Assembly: GCA_964388715.1 (NCBI GenBank)
Contig: CAYMBN010000001.1
Span: 138,962-202,961, forward strand
DNA: 64,000 nucleotides
Direction: 5' to 3'
DNA from: an uncultured Methanosarcinales archaeon
Lineage (GTDB): Archaea > Nanobdellota > Nanobdellia > Woesearchaeales > CAYMBN01
Notes under the pieces: generated by a model
The model's input: the letters and a program-made list of their open reading frames with translations, nothing else
What the model was told of the DNA's origin: nothing
The model's database searches: none
Shown here: positions 40,342 through 49,074 of the stretch, one piece after another
Numbering within the stretch: the first letter of the stretch is position 1
How the letters are laid out: each line of letters starts with the position of its first letter
Translations under genes and position numbers: made by a program

Positions 40342-40743
40342 ATGAAAAGAGTGTTTTACTTATTATTGTTTGTGTTTACTTTTGCATTATTGTACTATAT
40401 TTTTCTAAATGATCCACATATTAGTATGGAAAAATTTAAAGCTGATCCTTTAAAATATGAGGGAGAAATATTTCAGGTTACTGGGAAAGTTGGAGTGGTT
40501 GTTGATGGTAAGTTTTATTTTGATGATAAACATTTGATTATTGGAAGTGATGTTGAGGCTGCAAAAGGTGGTGTGACAAAGTTAAAATTGTTGGTTAAAG
40601 ATAGTAAGTTGTATTTGTTGGATTATCATAATCATGATTATTTGAATTTTGAGATTGGATTATCTGTTTTTGCTCTTTTGATTGCGCTGGTTTACTTTTT
40701 TAGAGAGTGGAAAGTCACATTAAGAGGTTTTGAATATGCCTGA
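40342..40743 (+). CDS. Membrane protein with OB-fold-like loop
   Basis: TM helices at both ends, DPLKYEG...VTGKV. Confidence 0.55.
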   Translation: MKRVFYLLLFVFTFALLYYIFLNDPHISMEKFKADPLKYEGEIFQVTGKVGVVVDGKFYFDDKHLIIGSDVEAAKGGVTKLKLLVKDSKLYLLDYHNHDYLNFEIGLSVFALLIALVYFFREWKVTLRGFEYA

Positions 40744-41197
40744 TTTGTTAAGTCATTTACTAGTTGGATTGATATTGTGCGAATTTTTGAAGGTTAAGAG
40801 AAAGTCACTTCTTCTTATAGGTTCATTACTACCAGATTTGTTAGGTAAGTTGTATGTGATTGGCTTTGTAACTAAAATCCCTTATAATTTATCTGATATT
40901 ACATATTATTTTCATACTCCTTTGATGTGTACTTTGGCAATATTGTTGATTATACCATTGTTTAAAGGGAAAAATGTGTTTTTTTCATTTTTTATAGGAG
41001 CGATGATGCATTTTGGGTTTGATATTTTTCAACAACATTTTATTGGAGGTACATTGTTAGGAGTGCCTTTCTTTTATAGATTGTACAGGTTTAATCTTAT
41101 ATGGCCTGGAGAATATTATTACTTTTTGATACCACTGTTTATTATTTATATTATTATTAAAACAGCTTCTTTAAAGTGTCCACACAAAACAACATGA
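40736..41197 (+). CDS. Membrane-bound metal-dependent hydrolase (YdjM-like)
   Basis: MPDLLSH, GSLLPDL, FHTP, HFGFD. Confidence 0.8.
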   Translation: MPDLLSHLLVGLILCEFLKVKRKSLLLIGSLLPDLLGKLYVIGFVTKIPYNLSDITYYFHTPLMCTLAILLIIPLFKGKNVFFSFFIGAMMHFGFDIFQQHFIGGTLLGVPFFYRLYRFNLIWPGEYYYFLIPLFIIYIIIKTASLKCPHKTT

Positions 41198-41876
41198 TTG
41201 CTTGGGTTTGTTGTCTTGAAGGAAGAAATGTTGTTTGTTTTTTATGAACAGAATTAATTCTAATATTGTTAATAAGATGGATTTGTTCTGTGACGCCTGG
41301 ATCAAATTTAACACTGAGTTCTTTAAGTTTTGCAATAAGTTTGCCTGCGCCAAGGTTTGGACTTGTTTCCAAAAGGTCTTTTTTTGTTAGTTCATAGTAT
41401 TTTCTATGTAAAGCTGTTTCAAGTATCCTGCCGCATAAGATAAGAGCTGAACGGTAACATTGGTTATCAAAACATTTTTGTGCTTCTTTAATGTCAAGTT
41501 GGATTTCGTCTTTAATTGAAGTAGGAAGGTTAGGTAGTTTGAGTTGTAATGATTTGTTTTTTGGTAAAAGGTGTTGGATTTCTTCAATTATGTCAAGTTT
41601 TTCTGTGTTAGAAATGTCTTGTGTTAATAAGCTAAGTTTTTCAAAGTCAAGTTTTTTAAGATTTTCAAGGTCATTCTGTAAATGAGACAATATTGATTTT
41701 ACTTCGTCAAATGATTTGTGAAAGTTTTTCTTATAAAGTTCAAGTTTTCTTGATTTAAAGTCATAAAGTTCTGGATTGACATTACTGCTAAGCTCTACTT
41801 TTTGAAAAGATGCGCTTGTTAGAATCTTTTTTAGTTCTCCTAGTTTCTGGTAGAGTTTTTCTAATGAGTTTTGCAT
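41157..41876 (-). CDS. DUF4145/HEPN-domain protein
   Basis: EAQKCF...YRSALILCGRILE, RINSVH (Rx4H). Confidence 0.8.
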   Translation of the reverse strand: MQNSLEKLYQKLGELKKILTSASFQKVELSSNVNPELYDFKSRKLELYKKNFHKSFDEVKSILSHLQNDLENLKKLDFEKLSLLTQDISNTEKLDIIEEIQHLLPKNKSLQLKLPNLPTSIKDEIQLDIKEAQKCFDNQCYRSALILCGRILETALHRKYYELTKKDLLETSPNLGAGKLIAKLKELSVKFDPGVTEQIHLINNIRINSVHKKQTTFLPSRQQTQAIMLFCVDTLKKLF

Positions 41877-41909
41877 ATCATGTTTGGGAGATTTAGATGT
41901 TTAAATGTT

Positions 41910-42010
41910 TTTCGGCAGAGCCGAAACTCTTTGAAATTTGTTTCAAATTTCTAAGATGCTCAGAAACGCTTTGCGTTTCTGACACGTTTAGAAAAAGAAT
42001 TTTTTCTAAA
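41910..42010. repeat. Composite array of four short hairpins (palindromic repeat family)
   Basis: TTTCGGC-AGA-GCCGAAA, TTTGAAA-TTTG-TTTCAAA, TCAGAAACGC-TTT-GCGTTTCTGA, TTTAGAAAAA-GAAT-TTTTTCTAAA. Confidence 0.9.
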
Positions 42011-42064
42011 AGTTTTCTATATTTGCTAAATATTTATAAAGTTATGTGGATTTTGGAATTTAAA

Positions 42065-42466
42065 ATGGAACCTTGGGAAGAATATATAGAGAAACTAGAA
42101 GATATTTATGTAAATAATCGAGTTTTTGGATCTCAGTTAGAGAATGCTATTAAGAGCATGTTGAAGTTTGCATTAAGAAAGGGTGATCCTTGTCAAGTGA
42201 ATTCAAAGTTAGCAACACTTTTTGATCCTGTGGTCAATGCGTTAGTGTATGTTGATCTTGCTATTGCAAGATATAAAGTAAAACCTCCTGAAGAAGGAAC
42301 TATTGTTTATGATTTTGTTGTTGGTGATAAACATTTTGAGGTTGAAGTGTATCATAAGGATCTGGAGGCGCATAGAGAAGCTCTTATAGATTATATCAAC
42401 AGTTCTTTAGAAATAGGTAAAGCAATATTAAATGATTATAATGACCAAGAGATTAGTAGACCTTAA
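42065..42466 (+). CDS. Hypothetical protein
   Basis: ATG 42065 lies about 25 nt below TTTATAAA. The longer upstream extension runs through the repeat. Confidence 0.6.
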   Translation: MEPWEEYIEKLEDIYVNNRVFGSQLENAIKSMLKFALRKGDPCQVNSKLATLFDPVVNALVYVDLAIARYKVKPPEEGTIVYDFVVGDKHFEVEVYHKDLEAHREALIDYINSSLEIGKAILNDYNDQEISRP

Positions 42467-42665
42467 CACCCTTTTCTTCAAGTTTATGTTTGAGAATTTG
42501 ATCTTTGCGCCATTTTTCAATGAAGTCCTGGATTATTTTAACGCAGAGTTTTGCTCTTGATCCGTATATGCCCTCTTTTTTGACAATCTTGTCTAGTTCA
42601 TCACATAATGGTTGTGGTAGGTTGATTGCCTTGTAACGGCCGAGTCTTTTGTGTTTTGATGGCAT
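42453..42665 (-). CDS. Ribbon-helix-helix (CopG/NikR-like) protein
   Basis: YKAINLPQPLCDELDKIVK...YGSRA. Confidence 0.65.
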   Translation of the reverse strand: MPSKHKRLGRYKAINLPQPLCDELDKIVKKEGIYGSRAKLCVKIIQDFIEKWRKDQILKHKLEEKGVKVY

Positions 42666-42708
42666 TTTGATAGAGTATGGATTTTTTAGTATATATAATT
42701 TATGTTTT

Positions 42709-42770
42709 AACCACAACTTTTAGAAATCAGAGATTTCTAAACGGTTTGAAAATTCCTAAAAATTTCCAAA
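42709..42770. repeat. Intergenic palindromic repeat element upstream of cdc6
   Basis: TTTAGAAATC-AGA-GATTTCTAAA plus imperfect TTTGAAAATT...AATTTCCAAA. Confidence 0.8.
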
Positions 42771-42804
42771 ACTTTTAAAAATAAGTTGAATATTAAGAAG
42801 AGAT

Positions 42805-43875
42805 ATGGGGATGTTTAAAGATATGTTACATAGTGATGAATCACTTTTTACTAATGTTCTTTCTCTTGAGTATGATTTTGTTCCTAAATTAATACCTTAC
42901 AGAGAAAAACAACAAAAACATATTGCAATGTGTATTAAACCATTGTTTAATAACAGAAATGGAAGGAATCTTTTGTTGCATGGTTTGCCTGGAATAGGTA
43001 AAACAGTAGCGTGTAAACATTTGTTTAATGAGCTTGAAGATGAGACAGAGGAAATTGTTCCAATGTACATCAATTGTTGGAAACATAATTCTTCGTATAA
43101 GATTGCAACTGTGATTTGTGAGTTGCTTGGGTATAAAATGACTATGAACAAAAAAACCGATGAGTTGTTTGATATTGCAACAAAAATTTTAAATAAAAAG
43201 TCTGCTGTTTTTTGTTTTGATGAGATTGATAAGTTAGAGGATTTTGATTTTCTTTATCATATCCTGGAAAATATTTACAGGAAAACTATTATCTTGATTT
43301 CTAATTATAAAGAATGGTTTGCTAAGATTGATGAACGGATTAAGTCAAGACTTACTGCTGAATTATTAGAGTTTAAGCCGTATAATAAAGTGGAAACAGA
43401 TGGGATTCTTAAGGAAAGGATTAAGTATGGTTTTGTACCTGGTGTTTGGGAAGAGAATGCATTATCAATTATTGTTGATAAAGCGTTTGAGTTAAAAGAT
43501 GTTAGAAGTGGATTGTATTTGTTAAAAGAAAGTGGAACAATTGCAGAAGATCATTCATCAAGAAAAATAAATATTTCACATGTTAAAAAAGCAATTGAAA
43601 AACTTGATGAGTTTACAATTAATGATCCTGAACAATTGAAGGATGAGCAAAAATTGATTTTTGAGATTGTGAAAGATAATTCTGGGAATAAGATTGGTGA
43701 TTTGTTTAAGGTTTACACTACAAAAGGTGGAAAACGTTCATATAAATCATTTCATAGAATGATTAAGAAACTTGAAAAAGATAGGTTTGTTAGTTTAACA
43801 AAGGTAACTGGCAAAGAAGGTAATACAACAATTGTAAAATATTCTGGCGAAGATAAGAAGTTGACTGAGTTTTAA
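42805..43875 (+). CDS. cdc6: Orc1/Cdc6 family AAA+ replication initiator
   Basis: DFVPKLIPYREKQ, GLPGIGKT, YINCW, FDEID, RIKSRL, FKPY, C-terminal wHTH. Confidence 0.9.
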   Translation: MGMFKDMLHSDESLFTNVLSLEYDFVPKLIPYREKQQKHIAMCIKPLFNNRNGRNLLLHGLPGIGKTVACKHLFNELEDETEEIVPMYINCWKHNSSYKIATVICELLGYKMTMNKKTDELFDIATKILNKKSAVFCFDEIDKLEDFDFLYHILENIYRKTIILISNYKEWFAKIDERIKSRLTAELLEFKPYNKVETDGILKERIKYGFVPGVWEENALSIIVDKAFELKDVRSGLYLLKESGTIAEDHSSRKINISHVKKAIEKLDEFTINDPEQLKDEQKLIFEIVKDNSGNKIGDLFKVYTTKGGKRSYKSFHRMIKKLEKDRFVSLTKVTGKEGNTTIVKYSGEDKKLTEF

Positions 43876-44678
43876 TTTTTTTGTTTAAATAAATAGGACA
43901 CATTACCTTGTTCTTTTCTTTTGCTTGTCCTTTTTGTACTTCCTCCTTTTAAACTATCTGCTTCATCTAGTAAGCTAGTTACAAAATCAATTTCATTTCT
44001 TGGACATTTAACTAATACATTTGCTGTGTCCTGGTCTAAATAAAAATGGAAAAAGTAATCAGCATTATTTATTGTTATTTGAACTTTACCTTCAGTAGGG
44101 ATAATGGTGTTATCACTCCCAACTTTAATTCCAGGAAGATCAGATGGAGTTTCTCCAACTAAAAATACTCTACCGCCCATGGATCTTAATTTTTGATATA
44201 ATTTTCCAAGATCTTTGGATTTGGAATATTCTTTTTCGATTTGTACGTAATCTAGTTGTGCACTTTCTAATAAATTATCTATAAATCCTATTTTTCTTGG
44301 GTCATTTTCAACAGAAACAGTAACTTTAAGTCCATCATCATTAAGTGGTTCAAAAGAAACTTTATAAACAGAGTTATTCACTAATGCATCAAATTCTCCT
44401 TTAATTAAATATAAAGAATCTGAAGGTCCTTCCATAATAGGATCTCCATAAATATCATCTCTATAATCACGACTTATACCATATTCAATACGTTTGCTAA
44501 TACATACAAAATAATCCCATATTGTTTTTGCTGCATGATCTGCAGACCAATATTTTTGAACACGCACAATTCTATCAGAAGTTGATGGATAAACATTAGA
44601 ACCATACATATGCTCACGAAGAATTTTATTGATACATGATCTTAAACTATTATCTTTTGAGCCACTACCCTTAACCAT
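43872..44678 (-). CDS. Hypothetical protein
   Basis: 268-aa ORF with RBS GAGGT. Confidence 0.65.
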   Translation of the reverse strand: MVKGSGSKDNSLRSCINKILREHMYGSNVYPSTSDRIVRVQKYWSADHAAKTIWDYFVCISKRIEYGISRDYRDDIYGDPIMEGPSDSLYLIKGEFDALVNNSVYKVSFEPLNDDGLKVTVSVENDPRKIGFIDNLLESAQLDYVQIEKEYSKSKDLGKLYQKLRSMGGRVFLVGETPSDLPGIKVGSDNTIIPTEGKVQITINNADYFFHFYLDQDTANVLVKCPRNEIDFVTSLLDEADSLKGGSTKRTSKRKEQGNVSYLFKQKN

Positions 44679-44744
44679 TCTTTATACCTCTCTTCAAGAA
44701 TAATTAGGTAGAGTGAACTATTTAAATTTTTTTATTCTGTAGAC

Positions 44745-44869
44745 ATGCATAGTGCCATGCCTGTAAAAAATACAAAAACTTGTTGTTGAATTTGTAAGTG
44801 TTTTTGACACTATTGTTTTACAATACGAATAACTATTTTTTACAAAAAGATGGCACAGACACTATGCAT
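44745..44869. repeat. 125-bp element with nested inverted repeats (MITE-like or structured ncRNA)
   Basis: ATGCATAGTG/CACTATGCAT, GTGCCAT/ATGGCAC, TGTAAAAAATA/TATTTTTTACA plus two inner hairpins. Confidence 0.7.
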
Positions 44870-44886
44870 ATTTTATTTTTGAGAAG

Positions 44887-46830
44887 TTAAATGTTTTTGA
44901 AGAATTCAATTATTTCACTTAAGAAAATGTAAATTTTTTGGAAAAATGTTAAATTGACAAGTTTTATTTTTACTTGTTCGCTTGTTAAGTGATTATTACC
45001 ATATTTGTCTGTGTATTTTATTGTTACATTGTATATGTTTTCATTAAAACCAAGTTCTTTACCAATCATTTTAACTTTAATGTCTTTGTTTTTAGAAAGT
45101 TGGTCAACTAATAAAACTTCCTCTTTATTAAAAAGTATAGTTAAATTATAAGGGTTTGATAATGATTGTTTTTCAACTCTAAAGTTAACATCAAATTCTT
45201 GATTAAATTCAACTTCAGTAGGAAAATCTAAGTTATTTATTTCAATAAGAGGTTCGTCTAAAACAAAGTATTCAACATAAGATGCTTTTGAGACATCTTT
45301 ATTTTTTATTGTTATTTTAAATTGATCTTTGCCTGTTTTATTGAATGAAATAGGAAATGAATGTTCTTTTGTCTGGCCAATTGTTAAGTTAAGTTTTTCA
45401 CAATGTTTAAAACAAAGATTAAGATTCTTTAATTCAACATTGCCTTTGTTTGCTATGTTACAAGTCATAAAATGTGTTTCATATATGTAAAATTCTGTTG
45501 GTGAAACAGTGCAATCAAGTTCAATATCTTTTGAAAATTGTTTTGTTTCTTCTTCGTATTTTTGTGAGATGATTCCTGAAATATCTTCCCTGGTAAGCAT
45601 TATTTCTCCGTGTTGTGAAGTAAAATTAACTGTTGAATTGATATGAGCAGAGTAAACTTGTACAGGGAATGTGTAAATAAAACCTTTACTTAATTCATCA
45701 CTTACTTTTATTATCCAGTAAAAGGATTTTTCTTGACCTGGTTTTAGTAAAATATGTTTTCTATTTTCACCTTCAATTGTTAATTGGTCTGTGTTTGCTA
45801 CATTAATTGTGATAGGAAGGTAATAGTTTTCTTTGTTAACTATTCTTGCTTCAAGAAGATTATAGGATCCAAGGCCAACTGTTTCTTTGTTTGTGTAAAG
45901 TTCAAATTTAAAAGGTGTTGGAACAATGTTACCTTTTTGAATTTCATTAACTGTGATGTTTAATTCTTTTGTTTTTATGTCTACATTGTAAGCTTTCCAT
46001 TCATAATTTGTTGTAGATTCGTCTGAGTCAATTGATTCTTTTAATTTAATATGTGAAACATCAATAAAACCAAATTGGTTATAAGTAACATCAAATGGAA
46101 TCCAAGCGTTGTCTATGTAAACTTCTGCCCATGCGTGTGGGCCCCACTTATCATTAATATTTGTGTAAGCCATACCACTAATGTATTTTGCTGGAATGTT
46201 TAATGATCTTAATAGTGCAATGAAAAGGTTTGTTAGTTCATCACAAACACCATATCTTTTTTCTAAGACCCAGGATGCCTTCTGTACAACTTTTTCTGTT
46301 GAAGTTGTAAGATCATATTTGATATTTTCTTCAACCCATTTTGCAATCTCAAAAACAACTGAGTAAAGATCTGAATCACCTGCTGCAAGTGCATTTGCAA
46401 GTTTAATTACCTCTTTGTGATTTGAGTCAATGTAAGTAGAAGGTTTAGTGTATTTCTGATGTTGTTGTGATTCAACTGGGAATTTAATTTTTTTTGTTAT
46501 TTTTGGTGTTTTATCAGTTACCTTGACAATTGAATGTAGGTTATAAGAAAGGTTATTTTCTTCAGGAGAATCCCATTTAAAATAAATATAACTATCTTCT
46601 CTAGTTGAGGAAGGATTTGTTGTAAGTGTAATTATGTTTTGGGTTAATGTTGATCTTGGAAAAAAAGTTAAGTTAGCTGCCATATAATTGATTGAAGCAC
46701 CAGGTTCCCGAATAAGTGTAAAGTCAGAACCAATGTTAATGTCCATCCTTAAAGAGTCTCTGTTAGAATAGTCAGTTGCAATAGCCATAGGTACAAGAAG
46801 TAATAATATCAGTATCATCTCTTTTTTCAT
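44887..46830 (-). CDS. Secreted transglutaminase-like domain protein
   Basis: Signal peptide, GVCDELTNLFIALLRSLNIPA, HAWAEVY, WIPFDVT. Confidence 0.9.
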   Translation of the reverse strand: MKKEMILILLLLVPMAIATDYSNRDSLRMDINIGSDFTLIREPGASINYMAANLTFFPRSTLTQNIITLTTNPSSTREDSYIYFKWDSPEENNLSYNLHSIVKVTDKTPKITKKIKFPVESQQHQKYTKPSTYIDSNHKEVIKLANALAAGDSDLYSVVFEIAKWVEENIKYDLTTSTEKVVQKASWVLEKRYGVCDELTNLFIALLRSLNIPAKYISGMAYTNINDKWGPHAWAEVYIDNAWIPFDVTYNQFGFIDVSHIKLKESIDSDESTTNYEWKAYNVDIKTKELNITVNEIQKGNIVPTPFKFELYTNKETVGLGSYNLLEARIVNKENYYLPITINVANTDQLTIEGENRKHILLKPGQEKSFYWIIKVSDELSKGFIYTFPVQVYSAHINSTVNFTSQHGEIMLTREDISGIISQKYEEETKQFSKDIELDCTVSPTEFYIYETHFMTCNIANKGNVELKNLNLCFKHCEKLNLTIGQTKEHSFPISFNKTGKDQFKITIKNKDVSKASYVEYFVLDEPLIEINNLDFPTEVEFNQEFDVNFRVEKQSLSNPYNLTILFNKEEVLLVDQLSKNKDIKVKMIGKELGFNENIYNVTIKYTDKYGNNHLTSEQVKIKLVNLTFFQKIYIFLSEIIEFFKNI

Positions 46831-46926
46831 GGAAAAGGTTAATATAAAGGAATATTTAAGTGTTTTGAAAAAATTTATAAATAAATTAAGATTTTAGGAT
46901 AAAAGGTGTTTGGATTTCTGTAGAAA

Positions 46927-47922
46927 ATGACAATTAAAGATATATTGGATGAAGGAATTTATTTTAATGAGAAGTTGGCTGAAGAATTTGGGAAACAGAA
47001 AAGTGAGCTTTTAGATTTTCTAGTTTATGATCTTACTTGGACAGGACTTCCTAAAGAAGAGGGTTCAACAGAAGAAAGATTAGGAGTTACTTTTAGTGAG
47101 ATTGAAGCAAGAAATTATATATTAAGATGTGAAAGAGATGGATGGAAGTGGCAACAGAAAGATAAGGATGCAGCCTTATTCAGGATTTATGATCTTTTAA
47201 AACATTTTGGATTACCACAAAGTAAAGTACCATTTGAGGATTATCTTAAAGTTGGAAGGTTAATTATAAGAGAGTTAGGTTTTCCTCATATACAAATCCC
47301 TACAGAAAAAATTAGAGCTTATATGAATATTAGTGAAGATCAAACAAAGACTTTTGATGTTGACCCATATGGTCTTGCATTAGGTAATATTGCTGAAAGA
47401 GCTATGCAAGAGATACTAAGACAGAATAATAAAGAGTTTATTGCTAGATCTTTCTTAGTGCGTAACACATTTAGAGATCAGGAAGAAAAAGATATTACTG
47501 TTTATGATAGAGAAAATCAAGAAATGTCATTAGGTGTAAGGTGTCAGAGAGAGTTTACAGGAGTTTATTTGTATTCAAAATATAGAGTAAAAAATCCAAC
47601 TACTAGCAGAAAAATTGCTAATTATATTGTGTTTTTTAATCATTTTGCACATCATATATTTTATATTACTGGTATTGTTGAAAAAGATTTTTTGTTAATG
47701 GGAAGGGATCATGATTTTTTTGATGAATTTTCAAGAAGTCCTATGATGGAATTTTATTTTCCTGAATTTAATTATGGAATTGTTAAGTCACGTTATATGA
47801 AACATTATGGACCTGAGGAACCTCCAGAAGAAAAGAAAAAACTTCTGAATGATTGGTTTGGTAAAAGATTAAGTTTTAAACAATTATTAGATGTTCTGCA
47901 GAGTTATCCTAGAGGGTTATAA
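46927..47922 (+). CDS. Hypothetical protein, possible degenerate PD-(D/E)XK fold
   Basis: GNIAERA...KDITV...LGVR pattern (weak). Confidence 0.6.
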   Translation: MTIKDILDEGIYFNEKLAEEFGKQKSELLDFLVYDLTWTGLPKEEGSTEERLGVTFSEIEARNYILRCERDGWKWQQKDKDAALFRIYDLLKHFGLPQSKVPFEDYLKVGRLIIRELGFPHIQIPTEKIRAYMNISEDQTKTFDVDPYGLALGNIAERAMQEILRQNNKEFIARSFLVRNTFRDQEEKDITVYDRENQEMSLGVRCQREFTGVYLYSKYRVKNPTTSRKIANYIVFFNHFAHHIFYITGIVEKDFLLMGRDHDFFDEFSRSPMMEFYFPEFNYGIVKSRYMKHYGPEEPPEEKKKLLNDWFGKRLSFKQLLDVLQSYPRGL

Positions 47923-47927
47923 CAAGA

Positions 47928-49031
47928 ATGAAAGAAAGAGCACTTGAAATATCTGATTTGTTTACAGAACAGGAAGCTGAGATAGTTGAGAATCCGTATA
48001 GGTTTCTTGGGGTTGAAAGAGATGCATCAGTGAGAGATTCAAGAAAAGCTTATATTGAGTTAGCAAGAAAATATCACCCTAATTTAATGAATCCTAGTTT
48101 GTGTAGAAGTCCTGGTAAGCTAGAAAAATTATTTACTCAAAAAGATTTAGACGAAATACATCCTGGTCATTCATTTGATGAATTAGTAAGAATAGTAGAA
48201 AATGGAGATCCTGAATTAAACAAAGTTAAAAGAGAATTGAGAATAGTAAGGGATTTAGCTCACAGGAAGATGATTGTATTTAATAGAGCTTATGAAGAGA
48301 TAAAATCAAGAGCTAGTCCACAAGAATGGAATACTATTGCTGGTTATGATTTTAAGAATGTTTTTGATGAAAACAGAAGAAATTATATTCAAAAGGTTTT
48401 GTTAGAAGGAAGAGGAGAAGTAAGAATATTTTACCATGGAAAATATAGTTTAACAGCAGGACCTTATCTTTTTTTTGATTTTGGACCAAATATGCACAGA
48501 GTCCAAGATGGAGATCATTATAGACACTGGCTTAATATTAAACATTTTTTTGCACACCTTGAATTAAAAGAGGGTAGAGAAGTTAGTATGGTTCTGTTAA
48601 AACCACTTATAGATCATTTAAATCTTAGTGAAAGTGTGGGATTGTATATGCGAGAGTTATTGTCCAAAGGAATGAAAACTGAAGATATATTAGGTGAAAT
48701 TAAGAAAAGGGAAAAAATAGAACCAAAACCTTGGGCAAAAGGGATACAAATTGTTATAAGACCTGAGTCTAGAGATGAAACAATTAGACAAAATCTTAAT
48801 GAAATTATTTATTTGAATCGTGATCCAAGTTTAACCACCCATAGTGGAATGATTGATCCATTTTTATTTGGGATGAGTGCACTTGGTTTGGATAGGGGAA
48901 TTTATCAATTTGAGCATAAGTTTGATAGAAAGAAATTAACATTAACTGATCATACAACAACTACATTTACTGAAGCTGATCATTATTTATTTTTAACATT
49001 AGCTTATGGGCCTATGTTGACTCAAGGATAA
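47928..49031 (+). CDS. J-domain (DnaJ-like) protein
   Basis: NPYRFLGV...AYIELARKYHPN...FNRAYEEI. Confidence 0.75.
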   Translation: MKERALEISDLFTEQEAEIVENPYRFLGVERDASVRDSRKAYIELARKYHPNLMNPSLCRSPGKLEKLFTQKDLDEIHPGHSFDELVRIVENGDPELNKVKRELRIVRDLAHRKMIVFNRAYEEIKSRASPQEWNTIAGYDFKNVFDENRRNYIQKVLLEGRGEVRIFYHGKYSLTAGPYLFFDFGPNMHRVQDGDHYRHWLNIKHFFAHLELKEGREVSMVLLKPLIDHLNLSESVGLYMRELLSKGMKTEDILGEIKKREKIEPKPWAKGIQIVIRPESRDETIRQNLNEIIYLNRDPSLTTHSGMIDPFLFGMSALGLDRGIYQFEHKFDRKKLTLTDHTTTTFTEADHYLFLTLAYGPMLTQG

Positions 49032-49074
49032 ATAAATTTTTAAATCATTGATTATTTGTTCTAGATGGGGGAAT

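Noticed and set aside
41897..42064. N-terminal extension of ORF 41897..42466
   Set aside because: It runs through the palindromic array and the promoter. The TATA position favours ATG 42065.
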